Counted from the stretch's first letter, positions 39,523 through 49,093 are shown. The stretch is 64,000 nt of DNA from Minisyncoccota bacterium (GCA_040879725.1 JBBDJV010000018.1:16748-80747); one strand, 5' to 3'. Notes: generated from the sequence alone by a model not told the origin. A program made the numbers and translations.

Positions 39523-40795
39523 TGAATGTTAATGCCTTACCCTTTTTCCCTCCACGGCCAGTTCGTCCGATACGGTGAACATAGTCATCATAGGTAGAAG
39601 GCACATCGTAATTAATAACATGAGAAATATCTGAGATGTCTAAACCTCGAGCTGCAACGTCTGTCGCAACAAGAATGTTATTTTGGTTCTTCTTGAAAGA
39701 ATCAAGCGCACGCTGTCTCTGAAACTGGTTTTTATCTCCATGAATAGAAACGGCCTTGAATCCTCTTCCAACCAAATCAACAGAGAGTCTTTCCACTCCA
39801 TGCTTTGTCTTACCGAATACAAGCACGCGCTCAAACTCCGGTTGAATAAGCAGGTTATGCAGTGCCTCTGACTTTGACTCGCCTCGATTTACACGCACAA
39901 TATCTTGCTCAACACTACTTGAAGTTTCCTGAGTCTTCACTGAAACAGTAGTTGGGTTCGTGAGAAAATCTTTAATAAGCTTTTCAATTTCCCGTGATAG
40001 TGTCGCTGAGAAAAACAATGTATGTCGTTCTTTTGGCATACCCGCAATCATAAATTTCATGTCTTGCAAGAATCCCATATCGAGCATTCGGTCTGCCTCA
40101 TCAAGAACAATAGTACTAAACTGAGAGAGATTGATACACTTTCTCACCACTAAGTCCTTTAGTCTTCCCGGTGTTCCGATAATAAAATTATTCTTATGTC
40201 GAAGGTCTCTCATTTGCTTTCCAATATTCGCTCCTCCTACGCAAACAACAGAAAATAGACCGAGTGTCTTTGAGAAATCTCTCCACTCTTGCTCAATTTG
40301 TACTGCGAGTTCGCGTGTTGGAACAATTATCAATACCTGTTCCTTCGGGTCTTTCAATACTTTGTTTATAAGAGGAACAAGAAAAGCTCCTGTCTTCCCA
40401 GTTCCAGTGTTTGCAATTCCAACCACATCTTCATTTCGCAAAATGTGTGGAATGATACGATCCTGAATAGGAGTCGGCTCAACATATCCCTTAGTGATAA
40501 TGTTTTTCTTCAAACGTTCATCAATATTAAAATCAACAAACCGGTGTTCCGGAATATAGATTGGTGTTTCTTCGGTAATTATCGCTTTGTTAATAAAGCG
40601 AGAAATGTCTATTTTCTTACCGGCAAATCCACCTCTTCCACCACCCCCTCTTCGGGAAGTATTACCACCTCTTCCACCACCACCAAACCGTCTACGCTGT
40701 GGTGCTCCAAAACCGCCTCTTGATGGACCTCGTCGTGAAAACGAACGTCCGCTACTTGCTCCCCCACTTCGGGTTCGCGTATTACCTTGATTCAT
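39515..40795 (-). CDS. DEAD-box ATP-dependent RNA helicase with N-terminal RGG-rich extension
   Basis: Q motif, AxTGTGKT, PTRELA, VLDEADRML (DEAD), SAT, HRIGRTGRGG. The N-terminal 60 aa are R/G-rich (GGGRGGNTSRRGGGGRGGF). Confidence 0.95.
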   Translation of the reverse strand: MNQGNTRTRSGGASSGRSFSRRGPSRGGFGAPQRRRFGGGGRGGNTSRRGGGGRGGFAGKKIDISRFINKAIITEETPIYIPEHRFVDFNIDERLKKNIITKGYVEPTPIQDRIIPHILRNEDVVGIANTGTGKTGAFLVPLINKVLKDPKEQVLIIVPTRELAVQIEQEWRDFSKTLGLFSVVCVGGANIGKQMRDLRHKNNFIIGTPGRLKDLVVRKCINLSQFSTIVLDEADRMLDMGFLQDMKFMIAGMPKERHTLFFSATLSREIEKLIKDFLTNPTTVSVKTQETSSSVEQDIVRVNRGESKSEALHNLLIQPEFERVLVFGKTKHGVERLSVDLVGRGFKAVSIHGDKNQFQRQRALDSFKKNQNNILVATDVAARGLDISDISHVINYDVPSTYDDYVHRIGRTGRGGKKGKALTFIE

Positions 40796-40931
40796 ACGTT
40801 AAACTAATGCACCAAAAAAGTGCAAATTATAAATGCGCTTTCGAAACGCATGTGACTAAATGTGCAAGTAAAAAGCGTCATTTCGCTTATCTATCTCATA
40901 CAAAGTCACAAGACGCTTCCCATCTGGCTCT

Positions 40932-40949
40932 TTTGAACACATGTGTTCA
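40932..40949. promoter_or_regulatory. Perfect 18-bp palindrome TTGAACACATGTGTTCAA in the upstream region of the DEAD-box helicase gene
   Basis: Direct reading. A second near-palindrome ATGCGcTTTCGAAAcGCAT lies at ~40842-40860, immediately upstream of a TTATAAT -10 (minus strand). Confidence 0.4.
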
Positions 40950-41046
40950 ACTGCCTAACTTCGGTAGGAGAAAAACTTACCGAGGTATTATATATTAGTT
41001 GAAAGAATATGTCAACCTTACTGAGGGTCCTACTCCATTCCGCACT

Positions 41047-41805
41047 CTACCGCTTTGTTACTTCAAAAACAAACCGATACTCTCTTTCGGAGATGGTTTC
41101 TCCTGACACATTCTCAGGAAAAACCTCTATAAGAGTGACATTCTCTGCTTCAGTAGTAATTGTTTTTCGTAATTCAAATATTTGGTTTGCGGTACCCAAC
41201 CCACTCTTCAGGGTTGCGGAAACTTTTGTTGTCCCTGCGTGAACACAGTTTGCATTAGGTGGACACCTACTGTCTTCCACTACCTCAAACGGAGTTATAG
41301 TTACTCCGAGAGCCCCTCCTTCCTCACCAATACTCAACGTCACCCTGTCGCCTGTATTTACCTGTGCAATAAGCGCATCTACATCACCTTTAGTCATTGT
41401 TGGAAAAGATAATCGAAGTGAAAGGTTTTCGAGTAGTGTTGCGTACCCTTCACTTGAAATAGCGCCATTGGCTGATGTCTGCGGACGAGAAGCGTCCGGT
41501 ACTAAAACAACATTTTCATCATCCACACGATACACTCCCCCTACTGCTTCAATATCTATAAAATCAATAGGAATAATATCGGGATACGCAGCCATTAGTA
41601 ACTGTGGATCAAACCCTTCTATGGGCTGACCGACATCTTTGACGCCAAGCGCGATTATTTGCTCTTCAAAATAAGGAGACAAATCAACACTGTCACTGTC
41701 TGCCTGTTTTGCATTGTAAATAAAAGCGTTAAATGTATAAAAGCCCGCCACAATACCGCCTAAAACAATACCTAAAATTAAAAATATTTTTTGATTCTTA
41801 TTCAT
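41047..41805 (-). CDS. Membrane-anchored hypothetical protein
   Basis: N-terminal TM, 252 aa, no known domain. Confidence 0.5.
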   Translation of the reverse strand: MNKNQKIFLILGIVLGGIVAGFYTFNAFIYNAKQADSDSVDLSPYFEEQIIALGVKDVGQPIEGFDPQLLMAAYPDIIPIDFIDIEAVGGVYRVDDENVVLVPDASRPQTSANGAISSEGYATLLENLSLRLSFPTMTKGDVDALIAQVNTGDRVTLSIGEEGGALGVTITPFEVVEDSRCPPNANCVHAGTTKVSATLKSGLGTANQIFELRKTITTEAENVTLIEVFPENVSGETISEREYRFVFEVTKR

Positions 41806-41846
41806 ATATATAGTATACGTTTTTCTGAAGGAAAAGTAATTAAAAA

Positions 41847-42863
41847 TTATCGACCGCGTAACTGCGTTTCAATATTTTCCAAATGTTCTTCGTACGTAAC
41901 TGAGCAAAATATATCTCCGTCACTGTTATGCAGATAAAACAAACAATCCGTAACTTCAGGAAACAGAACTGCCCGAAGAGCATCTCTACCAGGATTTGCT
42001 ATCGGGTAAGGCGGAAGTCCGGAGTTAGCGTAGGTATTAAAAGGTGAATCAATAAACTTATCCTCGGAACGCGCTATTGCCCACCACCCATTTTCTTTTG
42101 TTCCTCGAATATATTGCAATGTCGCATCTACCTGCAGTCGCATACCCACATCAAGCCGGTTCCACAGCACTCCAGCAATCAGTGACATGTCGTGCACTCC
42201 CCCGGCTTCTCTCTGTATGAGTGACGCAAGCTTAACCACCGTGGTCCATTTTATATTTTGCTGGAGTGCCTCTTCTGAAAATTCTCCATACACTTCATTG
42301 AACCTTCTTCGCAAACGCTCTGCGACATCACTTGGTGATTCATCGAGTGGGATTAAATACGTATCGGGGTAGTACACACCTTCTCGATACTCCTCGCTTG
42401 TATTTGTATCAACAGTCAGCCACCTTGAAACCTCACTGTCGCTCCACCCGAGTATTTCTTGCATCTGTTCCGCTATCTGCTCTTTGCGATACCCTTCAGG
42501 GATAAAAACCCATTTCATATAAGGCTCACCCTCGAGTGTTTTTGCTATTTCTTTTGTATTCATTGCTTTTGATATTCGGTACGCTCCTGGCTCCACCTGC
42601 TCTAAATCAATACGTTCCCGCAAGAGTGTCATTCTAAACCCGAGCTCACTTCTGATAAACCCTGCGTACTTCAAGTTTAGAATAAGCGTGTCTTCATCAT
42701 ACGAATTAAACGGCACGGTAAACCGCTCCACTTCCGCCCCACGATCTACCGGAGCAAACAACAGCGTATTACCGAGTAACACCAAAAAGCCAAGGATTAA
42801 CAGCACTCCAAATATACTCGCGAGTAGTGTTCTGTGTTTAGAGCGATGCATGAGAGCTAACAT
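41847..42863 (-). CDS. mltG: Endolytic murein transglycosylase MltG (YceG family)
   Basis: N-terminal TM, YceG-like core (PEGYRKEQIAEQM...LQVDATLQYI...YNTYANSGLPPYPIANPG). Confidence 0.8.
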   Translation of the reverse strand: MLALMHRSKHRTLLASIFGVLLILGFLVLLGNTLLFAPVDRGAEVERFTVPFNSYDEDTLILNLKYAGFIRSELGFRMTLLRERIDLEQVEPGAYRISKAMNTKEIAKTLEGEPYMKWVFIPEGYRKEQIAEQMQEILGWSDSEVSRWLTVDTNTSEEYREGVYYPDTYLIPLDESPSDVAERLRRRFNEVYGEFSEEALQQNIKWTTVVKLASLIQREAGGVHDMSLIAGVLWNRLDVGMRLQVDATLQYIRGTKENGWWAIARSEDKFIDSPFNTYANSGLPPYPIANPGRDALRAVLFPEVTDCLFYLHNSDGDIFCSVTYEEHLENIETQLRGR

Positions 42864-42972
42864 ATCACTGACTTAGGAAAATGAAAACTCTCTGTGTATT
42901 CCCACGAGTAAAACAGAAGCGCGCACCTTTGTATACTTTTTCATGTATACAGTATAGCAAATAGCAACAAGA

Positions 42973-43839
42973 CTAACCCTTACTTGGCGTAAAGCTAACA
43001 GTTTCTATAAGTGCTTTGAAATCGAGATGGATTGTAGAGTTAACCTCCGGGTACATCACAGAAAATACGTATACGTATTGCCCTTCTACCACAACATACG
43101 TTTCATTTGGGTACAAACCATCTGCGGTATAGCGTACTGCTTCTTTTCCATCAAGAGTTGTTTCTTCCACGGTTCCTACAATAAGAGGATAGTTTGATTC
43201 TCGTGTATTATTTTGAACCCATGCCTTAGGACTAACTGAAGTAGAAGTGTTTTTGTACACTCTAACCTGAATTGCAGGTGGACCTTCACGAGGCTCGGTG
43301 CTGTTCATTAGTTCCTGATACTCAGCTCGGTCAAACAAGGTTATTCCTGATACAAACGTGTTACTTGAGCTTTCAGTCGTATCAACCACTATGTAACCAT
43401 TAGGACCTTTTCGGTACGTAAACGAATACCCCAATGTCTCATCTTGAACAATAGACTCCGCACGCAAGTAGTGTTCGCTGCTTATACAAGGAACCACCTC
43501 ATTCTCTTCGGAAACTTCCCCTCTTACAAACACGTAGTCTCCCACTTCAATATCAAAGGGTGATGCAATACTTTCATACGCTTCACATAACCGAATTCCC
43601 ATTGACGGTACCGCAATACGTACACGTTCATTTCCTTTAGTTTGTATAACCACCACAGCAGGACCGTCAAACGCTACCGCGTCCAGATTTACGTTCGTCA
43701 CTTTACCTTCTGCGGTTTTTGTTGAACCGATAGTTTCATTTTCGGTTTCATTTGGCTCACTAGCCGGCTCTCTAAGGAAAAAGAAAAGTCCTCCAATTAC
43801 CACGACAGCGAGCAAGCTTATAATTACAATTTTTTTCAT
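42973..43839 (-). CDS. Secreted hypothetical protein
   Basis: Signal peptide MKKIVIISLLAVVVIGGLFF; 288 aa. Confidence 0.5.
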   Translation of the reverse strand: MKKIVIISLLAVVVIGGLFFFLREPASEPNETENETIGSTKTAEGKVTNVNLDAVAFDGPAVVVIQTKGNERVRIAVPSMGIRLCEAYESIASPFDIEVGDYVFVRGEVSEENEVVPCISSEHYLRAESIVQDETLGYSFTYRKGPNGYIVVDTTESSSNTFVSGITLFDRAEYQELMNSTEPREGPPAIQVRVYKNTSTSVSPKAWVQNNTRESNYPLIVGTVEETTLDGKEAVRYTADGLYPNETYVVVEGQYVYVFSVMYPEVNSTIHLDFKALIETVSFTPSKG

Positions 43840-43899
43840 ACTATTTTTTGATTATAGTATACAAGACGTTCCACACCTCGTATTGTAACAATACGTATA

Positions 43900-44772
43900 C
43901 TACTTTGCGTAGTATTCAAACAACGCTTTTATACCACGAAGATTTTGTTCCCACTCCACTGTCTCATGTGTTTTCAGCTCTACGGTAACTGCTGGAATAC
44001 CTATTGAAGCAAGCCATCCCTCCGCATCTCCGGTTATAGGATACGCGTCAAACGCCTCTACTTTGTTGTACCCCGCCGCGTCTGCGTACGCATTCATAAT
44101 ATCGAGTGTTTCGGGAATAATTCCGTCCTCACACTCAGAAGCATAAACCGTGTTTGCTTGACTATGCCAAAACACAACCGCGCTCGGACTTGTTTTTTCA
44201 ACAAAACCTCTGAGTGCCTGTGCTTCAGGTTCAGAGAAAGGAGCGTCACCAGCACTCACCACAGCCCCCCTCCATGAACTCTCCGGAGCCCACTTACAAT
44301 CGAAGTTTCGGTTTAGGTCTACATCATTTGCGTTAAAGCGACCAACAGCATCTGAGTCACTATTTTGCGCATCGGCATAGGTGAACCTTCCCTCTTTTTC
44401 AATCACTGCGTATGTTCCGTCTGGATTAAGTGACGGGATCACTGAAATAGTAAGATACTCCGGCAGTGTATCTATATTTGCATCTAGATAATCTTTAAAC
44501 TCGTACGCAAGTAATATACTGTTCCACTCATATCCGCCGTGAATACCTCCGACAAAAAGAAGGTGTGTATCTCCTGTACCGTATGTATACACTTCTATAT
44601 CTCTCCCCTCGACAGAAGTACCGATTACTTCATGCACGGGATTTTCTTCTTCCACTATTGGCTCAGAGATAATTACTTCTTGCTCTTCACTCTTATTATT
44701 TAGAAGAACGAGCGCGAGCACTACAGCAAGTAGCCCTACCCCTAACCATAGAAATTTACTTTTCATTTTCAC
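43900..44772 (-). CDS. Secreted M14-family zinc carboxypeptidase-like protein (paralog 1)
   Basis: GGIHGGYEWN (H..E zinc ligands), NPDG, DLNRNFDC (substrate Arg/Asn) and a second His in WHSQ; signal peptide. Confidence 0.7.
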   Translation of the reverse strand: MKMKSKFLWLGVGLLAVVLALVLLNNKSEEQEVIISEPIVEEENPVHEVIGTSVEGRDIEVYTYGTGDTHLLFVGGIHGGYEWNSILLAYEFKDYLDANIDTLPEYLTISVIPSLNPDGTYAVIEKEGRFTYADAQNSDSDAVGRFNANDVDLNRNFDCKWAPESSWRGAVVSAGDAPFSEPEAQALRGFVEKTSPSAVVFWHSQANTVYASECEDGIIPETLDIMNAYADAAGYNKVEAFDAYPITGDAEGWLASIGIPAVTVELKTHETVEWEQNLRGIKALFEYYAK

Positions 44773-45707
44773 TATTTAGAAAGATGCGTAAAGAGCGCTT
44801 CTATTCCAGCTCGGTTCTTTGACCATTCCACATCAGTATGGTTCGTGAGTAGTACACTTATCGCAGGAATATTTTCTTTTGCAAGCCAGTTCACCATATC
44901 ACCCGTAATCTCGTAGAAATCAAACTCCTCGTATGCAGGATATCCGGAAGCCTTCGCGTACACTTGTGTCAGTGCGCGCGTTTCGCTCGATACTCCGTTG
45001 TGACAACTTGAAGAGAACACTCCTCCCGCCGCACTATAGTAGACCACCACCGCATCTGGTGTATTTGACTCAATATATGTTTTTATCGCAAGACTTTCTG
45101 GTTCTGAAAACGCACTACTACCACCACTCACCGTGCGGGACTGCCATGTCGCGCTAGACTGCCAATCACAATCAAAGTTTCGGTTGAGGTCTACAGTATT
45201 TCCATTAAACCGCCCAGATACCTTCACACTCTCAGAGCTTGAAACATCTCCGACGGTAAAGCTCCCGGTAGTACCCACTACTTTCTCGAGTCCATCAGGA
45301 TTCATAACAGGAATAACCGTAACTCGTACATTATTTGGAATACTGTTTGGATTTGCTTCAAGATAGTCCATCAAGTTGTATGCCACGAGTGATGTATTCC
45401 ATGAATACCCACCGTGAATACCTCCGACAAAAAGAATATCTCTGTCGCCGTTACCATAGTGATACGCGGTTATGTCGTTCCCGAGTGCAGATGCTCCTAT
45501 GACGGTTTTTGTATCATCGACAACAACATCAGGTGTAGTGGTAGCCCCTTCGTCCGTACCTGGAGTTGTGGTTGTATTGTCCTCTCCGTTTACAACTCCC
45601 TCTTGTGGCGTTGTTCCCTCGATAGTAACCGATGAACCTTTAGTAAGAAAATAAATCCCTCCGATAATAATAGCCCCAATAATAATGATAGTTATAATTT
45701 TTTTCAT
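44772..45707 (-). CDS. Secreted M14-family zinc carboxypeptidase-like protein (paralog 2)
   Basis: Same motif set (GGIHGGYSWN, NPDG, DLNRNFDCDW); a tandem duplicate of 43900-44772. Confidence 0.7.
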   Translation of the reverse strand: MKKIITIIIIGAIIIGGIYFLTKGSSVTIEGTTPQEGVVNGEDNTTTTPGTDEGATTTPDVVVDDTKTVIGASALGNDITAYHYGNGDRDILFVGGIHGGYSWNTSLVAYNLMDYLEANPNSIPNNVRVTVIPVMNPDGLEKVVGTTGSFTVGDVSSSESVKVSGRFNGNTVDLNRNFDCDWQSSATWQSRTVSGGSSAFSEPESLAIKTYIESNTPDAVVVYYSAAGGVFSSSCHNGVSSETRALTQVYAKASGYPAYEEFDFYEITGDMVNWLAKENIPAISVLLTNHTDVEWSKNRAGIEALFTHLSK

Positions 45708-45780
45708 ATTCTTATTTTAACACACTTTAAACGTCTTGTTTTTCAAGCCATTTTTAGCCCTTATAGAGGGTATGCGAGGG

Positions 45781-47511
45781 CTACTTCTTTTCTTTTGCAC
45801 GCTTAAATATGGAAATGCTCATCGGAGGCATAGTAACAAGCGCAGACGTTCTTCCTCCTTGAGAAAGAGTTAGTAAAGTATTTTTTTTATTTAGTGCATC
45901 AACCAACAGTGTTCCAGGTGGTGTGATTTCATTATCAATGGTTATGTAATTTGCCTCAGCGTGATCACGTATATTTATAACCACGAGCACTTCATCGCTA
46001 TCATGTATTCGAGAAAAAGCTAGCAGACCATTCCCTCCGTCAGGGTACCAGAAATGCTGACCGTCTTCCGACACATCCCTGAAGTAAAACCTACCGTATC
46101 GAAGCGCTGGTTCTTCAGCTCGCACTTCCGCGATTTTCGAAATTTCTTTGTAGAGAGGATTCTCCGTATCAAAAAAATGCATACCACTTGTACCAAAAGC
46201 TCCCCAGTCTCCGCCAAACATACATTCACGGATTTGATTATCCTGAAATGGCATACGCATATCCCCTCCACCATCAAAACCTTGCTCGGTACCGTAGTAG
46301 ATTGCCGGTATCCCTGGGGTTGTTAGTAAATACCCAACACCGAGTATCGCAAGTTGCTTGTCCTGTGATCCGTAAAGGAAACGATAGAACTGACGAGAGG
46401 TTTGATCGTGATTATCCAGAAACGTAACAAGGCAATCACTTCCGTCACTATGAAGGTACGTTTGTTGTGCGCTTGTGTACCTGTCGCGAAGCTGTGACAT
46501 GCTCTTTGTGCCTTTCAACACTTCATCAAGAACGAAGTACAGAGGGAAATCAAGTGCCGCATCAAGCGCCTGAATACGGTCACCGTTTGGGTTCTGATGT
46601 CCAACATATTTTGTAATTGCTGCATCGTCTCCGACAATTTCTCCAAAGAGTAGAAAGTTTTTCTTTCCGATACTTTCCGCATACTCTTTTATTGAGTTAA
46701 AGAACACCACTATCGCATTTGTGTCGACATGCTTTACAGTATCTATTCGGTATCCATCGATATCTGTTTCCGCAATCCAATACTTATGTATCGCAACCAT
46801 TGTCTCAAGTACCTTTGGGTTATTTAGATCGAGGTCTTTTAATACAAAGAAGTCACCCTGTTTTGACTGTTCTTCATTGTTCCAGTCAGTAATAACCCCT
46901 CGTCTAGAGTAACAGTCCGGGTCTTGTAGTTCGAGAGGCCATACAGCATCATCTCCATCAAACTCCTCTGGTAGAGAATGTTTTGACCGCCAGTATCCGA
47001 AAGGAAACCGAGTTCCATTTTGGTCGAACGCCGGATACATATCGTTTTCATACCCCCAATTATCTGCAGTGTGGTTTATGACAATATCAAGTACGATTCG
47101 CATATCGAGCTTGTGAGCGGAATCCACCAAATCTTTAAACTCCTCCAGTGTTCCAAAGTGAGGATCAACTGAAAGAAAATCTTGAATCGCATACCCATGT
47201 ATAGAACCCCTCTCTGCCCTGTTTTTGAAAATTGGACTGAGCCACAAAGTGGTAACCCCAAGATTTTTTAAGTACTTCAATCGGCGTTTAATACCCTTTA
47301 TCGTTCCACCGTGAATCTGGTCTCCGAGCCGTGCATCTCTGTTTCGGTCGCCCATACTTCCGTCATACGGTGGATTTCGTTTTCCATTATCAAAACGGTC
47401 AACCAACAAAAAATAGATGACATGGTCGCGCCAGTCTTCCGGAGATGGGTGTACCGTCTTTGCAACAGAAAAATCGAGTTCGGAAATTGATCTAATCCTT
47501 TCTTCCGCCAT
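45781..47511 (-). CDS. GH13 alpha-amylase family glycosidase
   Basis: LGVTTLWLSPIF (region I), GYRIDTVKHV (region II, catalytic Asp), EIVGD (region III Glu) and FLDNHDQ (region IV). Confidence 0.9.
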   Translation of the reverse strand: MAEERIRSISELDFSVAKTVHPSPEDWRDHVIYFLLVDRFDNGKRNPPYDGSMGDRNRDARLGDQIHGGTIKGIKRRLKYLKNLGVTTLWLSPIFKNRAERGSIHGYAIQDFLSVDPHFGTLEEFKDLVDSAHKLDMRIVLDIVINHTADNWGYENDMYPAFDQNGTRFPFGYWRSKHSLPEEFDGDDAVWPLELQDPDCYSRRGVITDWNNEEQSKQGDFFVLKDLDLNNPKVLETMVAIHKYWIAETDIDGYRIDTVKHVDTNAIVVFFNSIKEYAESIGKKNFLLFGEIVGDDAAITKYVGHQNPNGDRIQALDAALDFPLYFVLDEVLKGTKSMSQLRDRYTSAQQTYLHSDGSDCLVTFLDNHDQTSRQFYRFLYGSQDKQLAILGVGYLLTTPGIPAIYYGTEQGFDGGGDMRMPFQDNQIRECMFGGDWGAFGTSGMHFFDTENPLYKEISKIAEVRAEEPALRYGRFYFRDVSEDGQHFWYPDGGNGLLAFSRIHDSDEVLVVINIRDHAEANYITIDNEITPPGTLLVDALNKKNTLLTLSQGGRTSALVTMPPMSISIFKRAKEKK

Positions 47512-47625
47512 TATGTAAAGTATAGCATGTGCCTACAAACTTTTTTCTCGATACCTGCATTCTGTGTATAAAAATTCCGACAATTCCTACCCTCCTCTGA
47601 GAAAATATCTCGCATATTGTGTAAA

Positions 47626-47654
47626 TTGATTATCATCACAATAGTAGCTATACT
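47626..47654 (+). promoter_or_regulatory. Sigma-70 promoter (TTGATT, 17-nt spacer, TATACT)
   Basis: Direct reading. The TSS is predicted just upstream of AGGAGG at 47661-47666. Confidence 0.6.
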
Positions 47655-47671
47655 GAAAAGAGGAGGCTGTT

Positions 47672-47761
47672 ATGAAAAAACAAAAAAGAATCAAGTTCGG
47701 TTCGTCAAGCTTGATCCTGAAGCAGTTGCAGATTTTCGGGCAAAATTTGCCGCGCGTGTAG
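47672..47761 (+). CDS. Short ORF (29 aa) behind strong RBS; probably a frameshifted 62-aa gene
   Basis: AGGAGG-ctgtt-ATG. The ORF reads MKKQKRIKFGS...PRV*. One extra A in the A6 run after ATG gives MKKTKKNQVRFVKLDPEAVADFRAKFAARVAGIDKQDQAEYRARALADARIKRKTADLHGDL, ending at 47859 just before the terminator. The ATG of track ORF 47617 lies in the -35 element. Confidence 0.3.
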   Translation: MKKQKRIKFGSSSLILKQLQIFGQNLPRV

Positions 47762-47876
47762 CAGGGATAGATAAGCAAGATCAGGCTGAATATCGTGCTC
47801 GCGCTTTGGCTGACGCTCGCATTAAACGCAAAACCGCTGATCTTCATGGTGACCTTTAGTCACTCAAAGCAACACA

Positions 47877-47908
47877 GGCGGTCGCATTTCATGCGACCGC
47901 CCTTTTTA
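47877..47908 (+). terminator. Intrinsic terminator
   Basis: GGCGGTCGCatttcatGCGACCGCC followed by CTTTTTATTT. Confidence 0.8.
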
Positions 47909-48070
47909 TTTAGTATTCTGTTTTTCCTCCTATTTTAGTACTCAGCGAGGCCGTCCATTAGTACCTTGCAAAACCCGATCTAATAATTAACCCAATTAAA
48001 AAGCATCTCTTACGATATATAGTAAGAGATGCTTTTTAAAATTGTATTTTACACTACTACTTCTGCAGTT

Positions 48071-48562
48071 TTATTTTTTTCTAAACTCAAATTCCATAAC
48101 ACCATAATCTCGGTTGAGCATTAGTGTGAGTGTGTCACCTTTGATAGCGTATGAATTTGCGAGCATGAGCTGTTGTGAGTAAGTACTTTCAAGTGACCCT
48201 TCACAATACATCATGGTTGAAATGAATTGACTAAAACTTATAACCTCCCCATCAACAACATAGTTTCCTCCAAGACCGTTACAGTCAGTACTGCTTCCCA
48301 CCTCTCCCTTTTTATTAAAGGTAAGTACAAAACGCTCACCACTTGGAGCCACTACCTCTGAACCATCGAGAAGACGTGTAGACTTCCACACCCACTCTCC
48401 TTCTGTAAGGGTACGCTTGCTTTGTTCAGCACCTTTATTTTCTCCGAGCGCGTCTGCCTGCTTTGCATGATACACATAACTATTAACAGTAAAGAACACC
48501 GCAAAAAGAAACATAATTCCTACACTCGCTATTACTACTTTGTTTTTATTTTTCATATACAT
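48071..48562 (-). CDS. Secreted META/HslJ-like domain protein
   Basis: Signal anchor; FVLTFNKKGEVGSSTDCNGLGGNYVVDGEVISFSQFISTMMYCEGSLESTYSQQLMLANSYAIKGDTLTLML is a META (DUF306)-like pattern. Confidence 0.45.
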   Translation of the reverse strand: MYMKNKNKVVIASVGIMFLFAVFFTVNSYVYHAKQADALGENKGAEQSKRTLTEGEWVWKSTRLLDGSEVVAPSGERFVLTFNKKGEVGSSTDCNGLGGNYVVDGEVISFSQFISTMMYCEGSLESTYSQQLMLANSYAIKGDTLTLMLNRDYGVMEFEFRKK

Positions 48563-48612
48563 ACTAATACGAACAAGTTTCCCAAAAGAAACAAAACCAC
48601 CCGTAGGTGGTT

Positions 48613-48678
48613 TTACTTCTTCTTTTCCTTCTTTGGCTTTTTCTTCTCTTTGCTTCGAGCGTTATTTCCTTTTGCCAT
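48613..48678 (-). CDS. Possible Lys-rich leader peptide (21 aa) ending inside a terminator hairpin
   Basis: MAKGNNARSKEKKKPKKEKKK*. The stop lies within AAAACCACCtacgGGTGGTTTT, 30 nt upstream of the META gene start. A TATAAT-like box is upstream but there is no SD. Confidence 0.2.
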   Translation of the reverse strand: MAKGNNARSKEKKKPKKEKKK

Positions 48679-48781
48679 ACGTATTATTGTTTGTTGGTAA
48701 TAACTGTATTATACCGCCAAGTAGAATATGTAGTATGTGAATAGTGCGCAAATGCGCACGCCGGCGGGGGCATTTAGACCC

Positions 48782-49093
48782 TTATTTTAAGCGGTATAAT
48801 ACACCCCTTCCCGCGTCACCTATCTGCTCAACCCTCCCTTCTTTTTCCAATTCATTCATATATTTAACTACGGTTCTGCGCGCAACACCCAAATGGCTTC
48901 TTATTTCTTCATTCGAAACACTTCCTCGCTCTTGAATAAAAATAAATGCCTTTTCTTTATTCTCATTCTTTCGTGTTATTTGGTTATACACTTTTCGGCA
49001 GATACCTCCTACTGTTTCTCTATTCTTTTTAGGGATTAAAAATAGTGCTAAAACCGCTACTACGCAAAGTAAAATTACAAATACTGTATTCAT
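48782..49093 (-). CDS. Membrane-anchored winged-helix DNA-binding protein
   Basis: N-terminal TM then an HTH (ERGSVSNEEIRSHLGVARRTVVKYMNELEKEGRV). Confidence 0.45.
   Translation of the reverse strand: MNTVFVILLCVVAVLALFLIPKKNRETVGGICRKVYNQITRKNENKEKAFIFIQERGSVSNEEIRSHLGVARRTVVKYMNELEKEGRVEQIGDAGRGVLYRLK

Noticed and set aside
47617-47859. 80-aa ORF as given in the track
   Set aside because: Its ATG lies inside the -35 element of the promoter that evidently drives this module. The frame is only reachable via a homopolymer slip after the downstream RBS-ATG.
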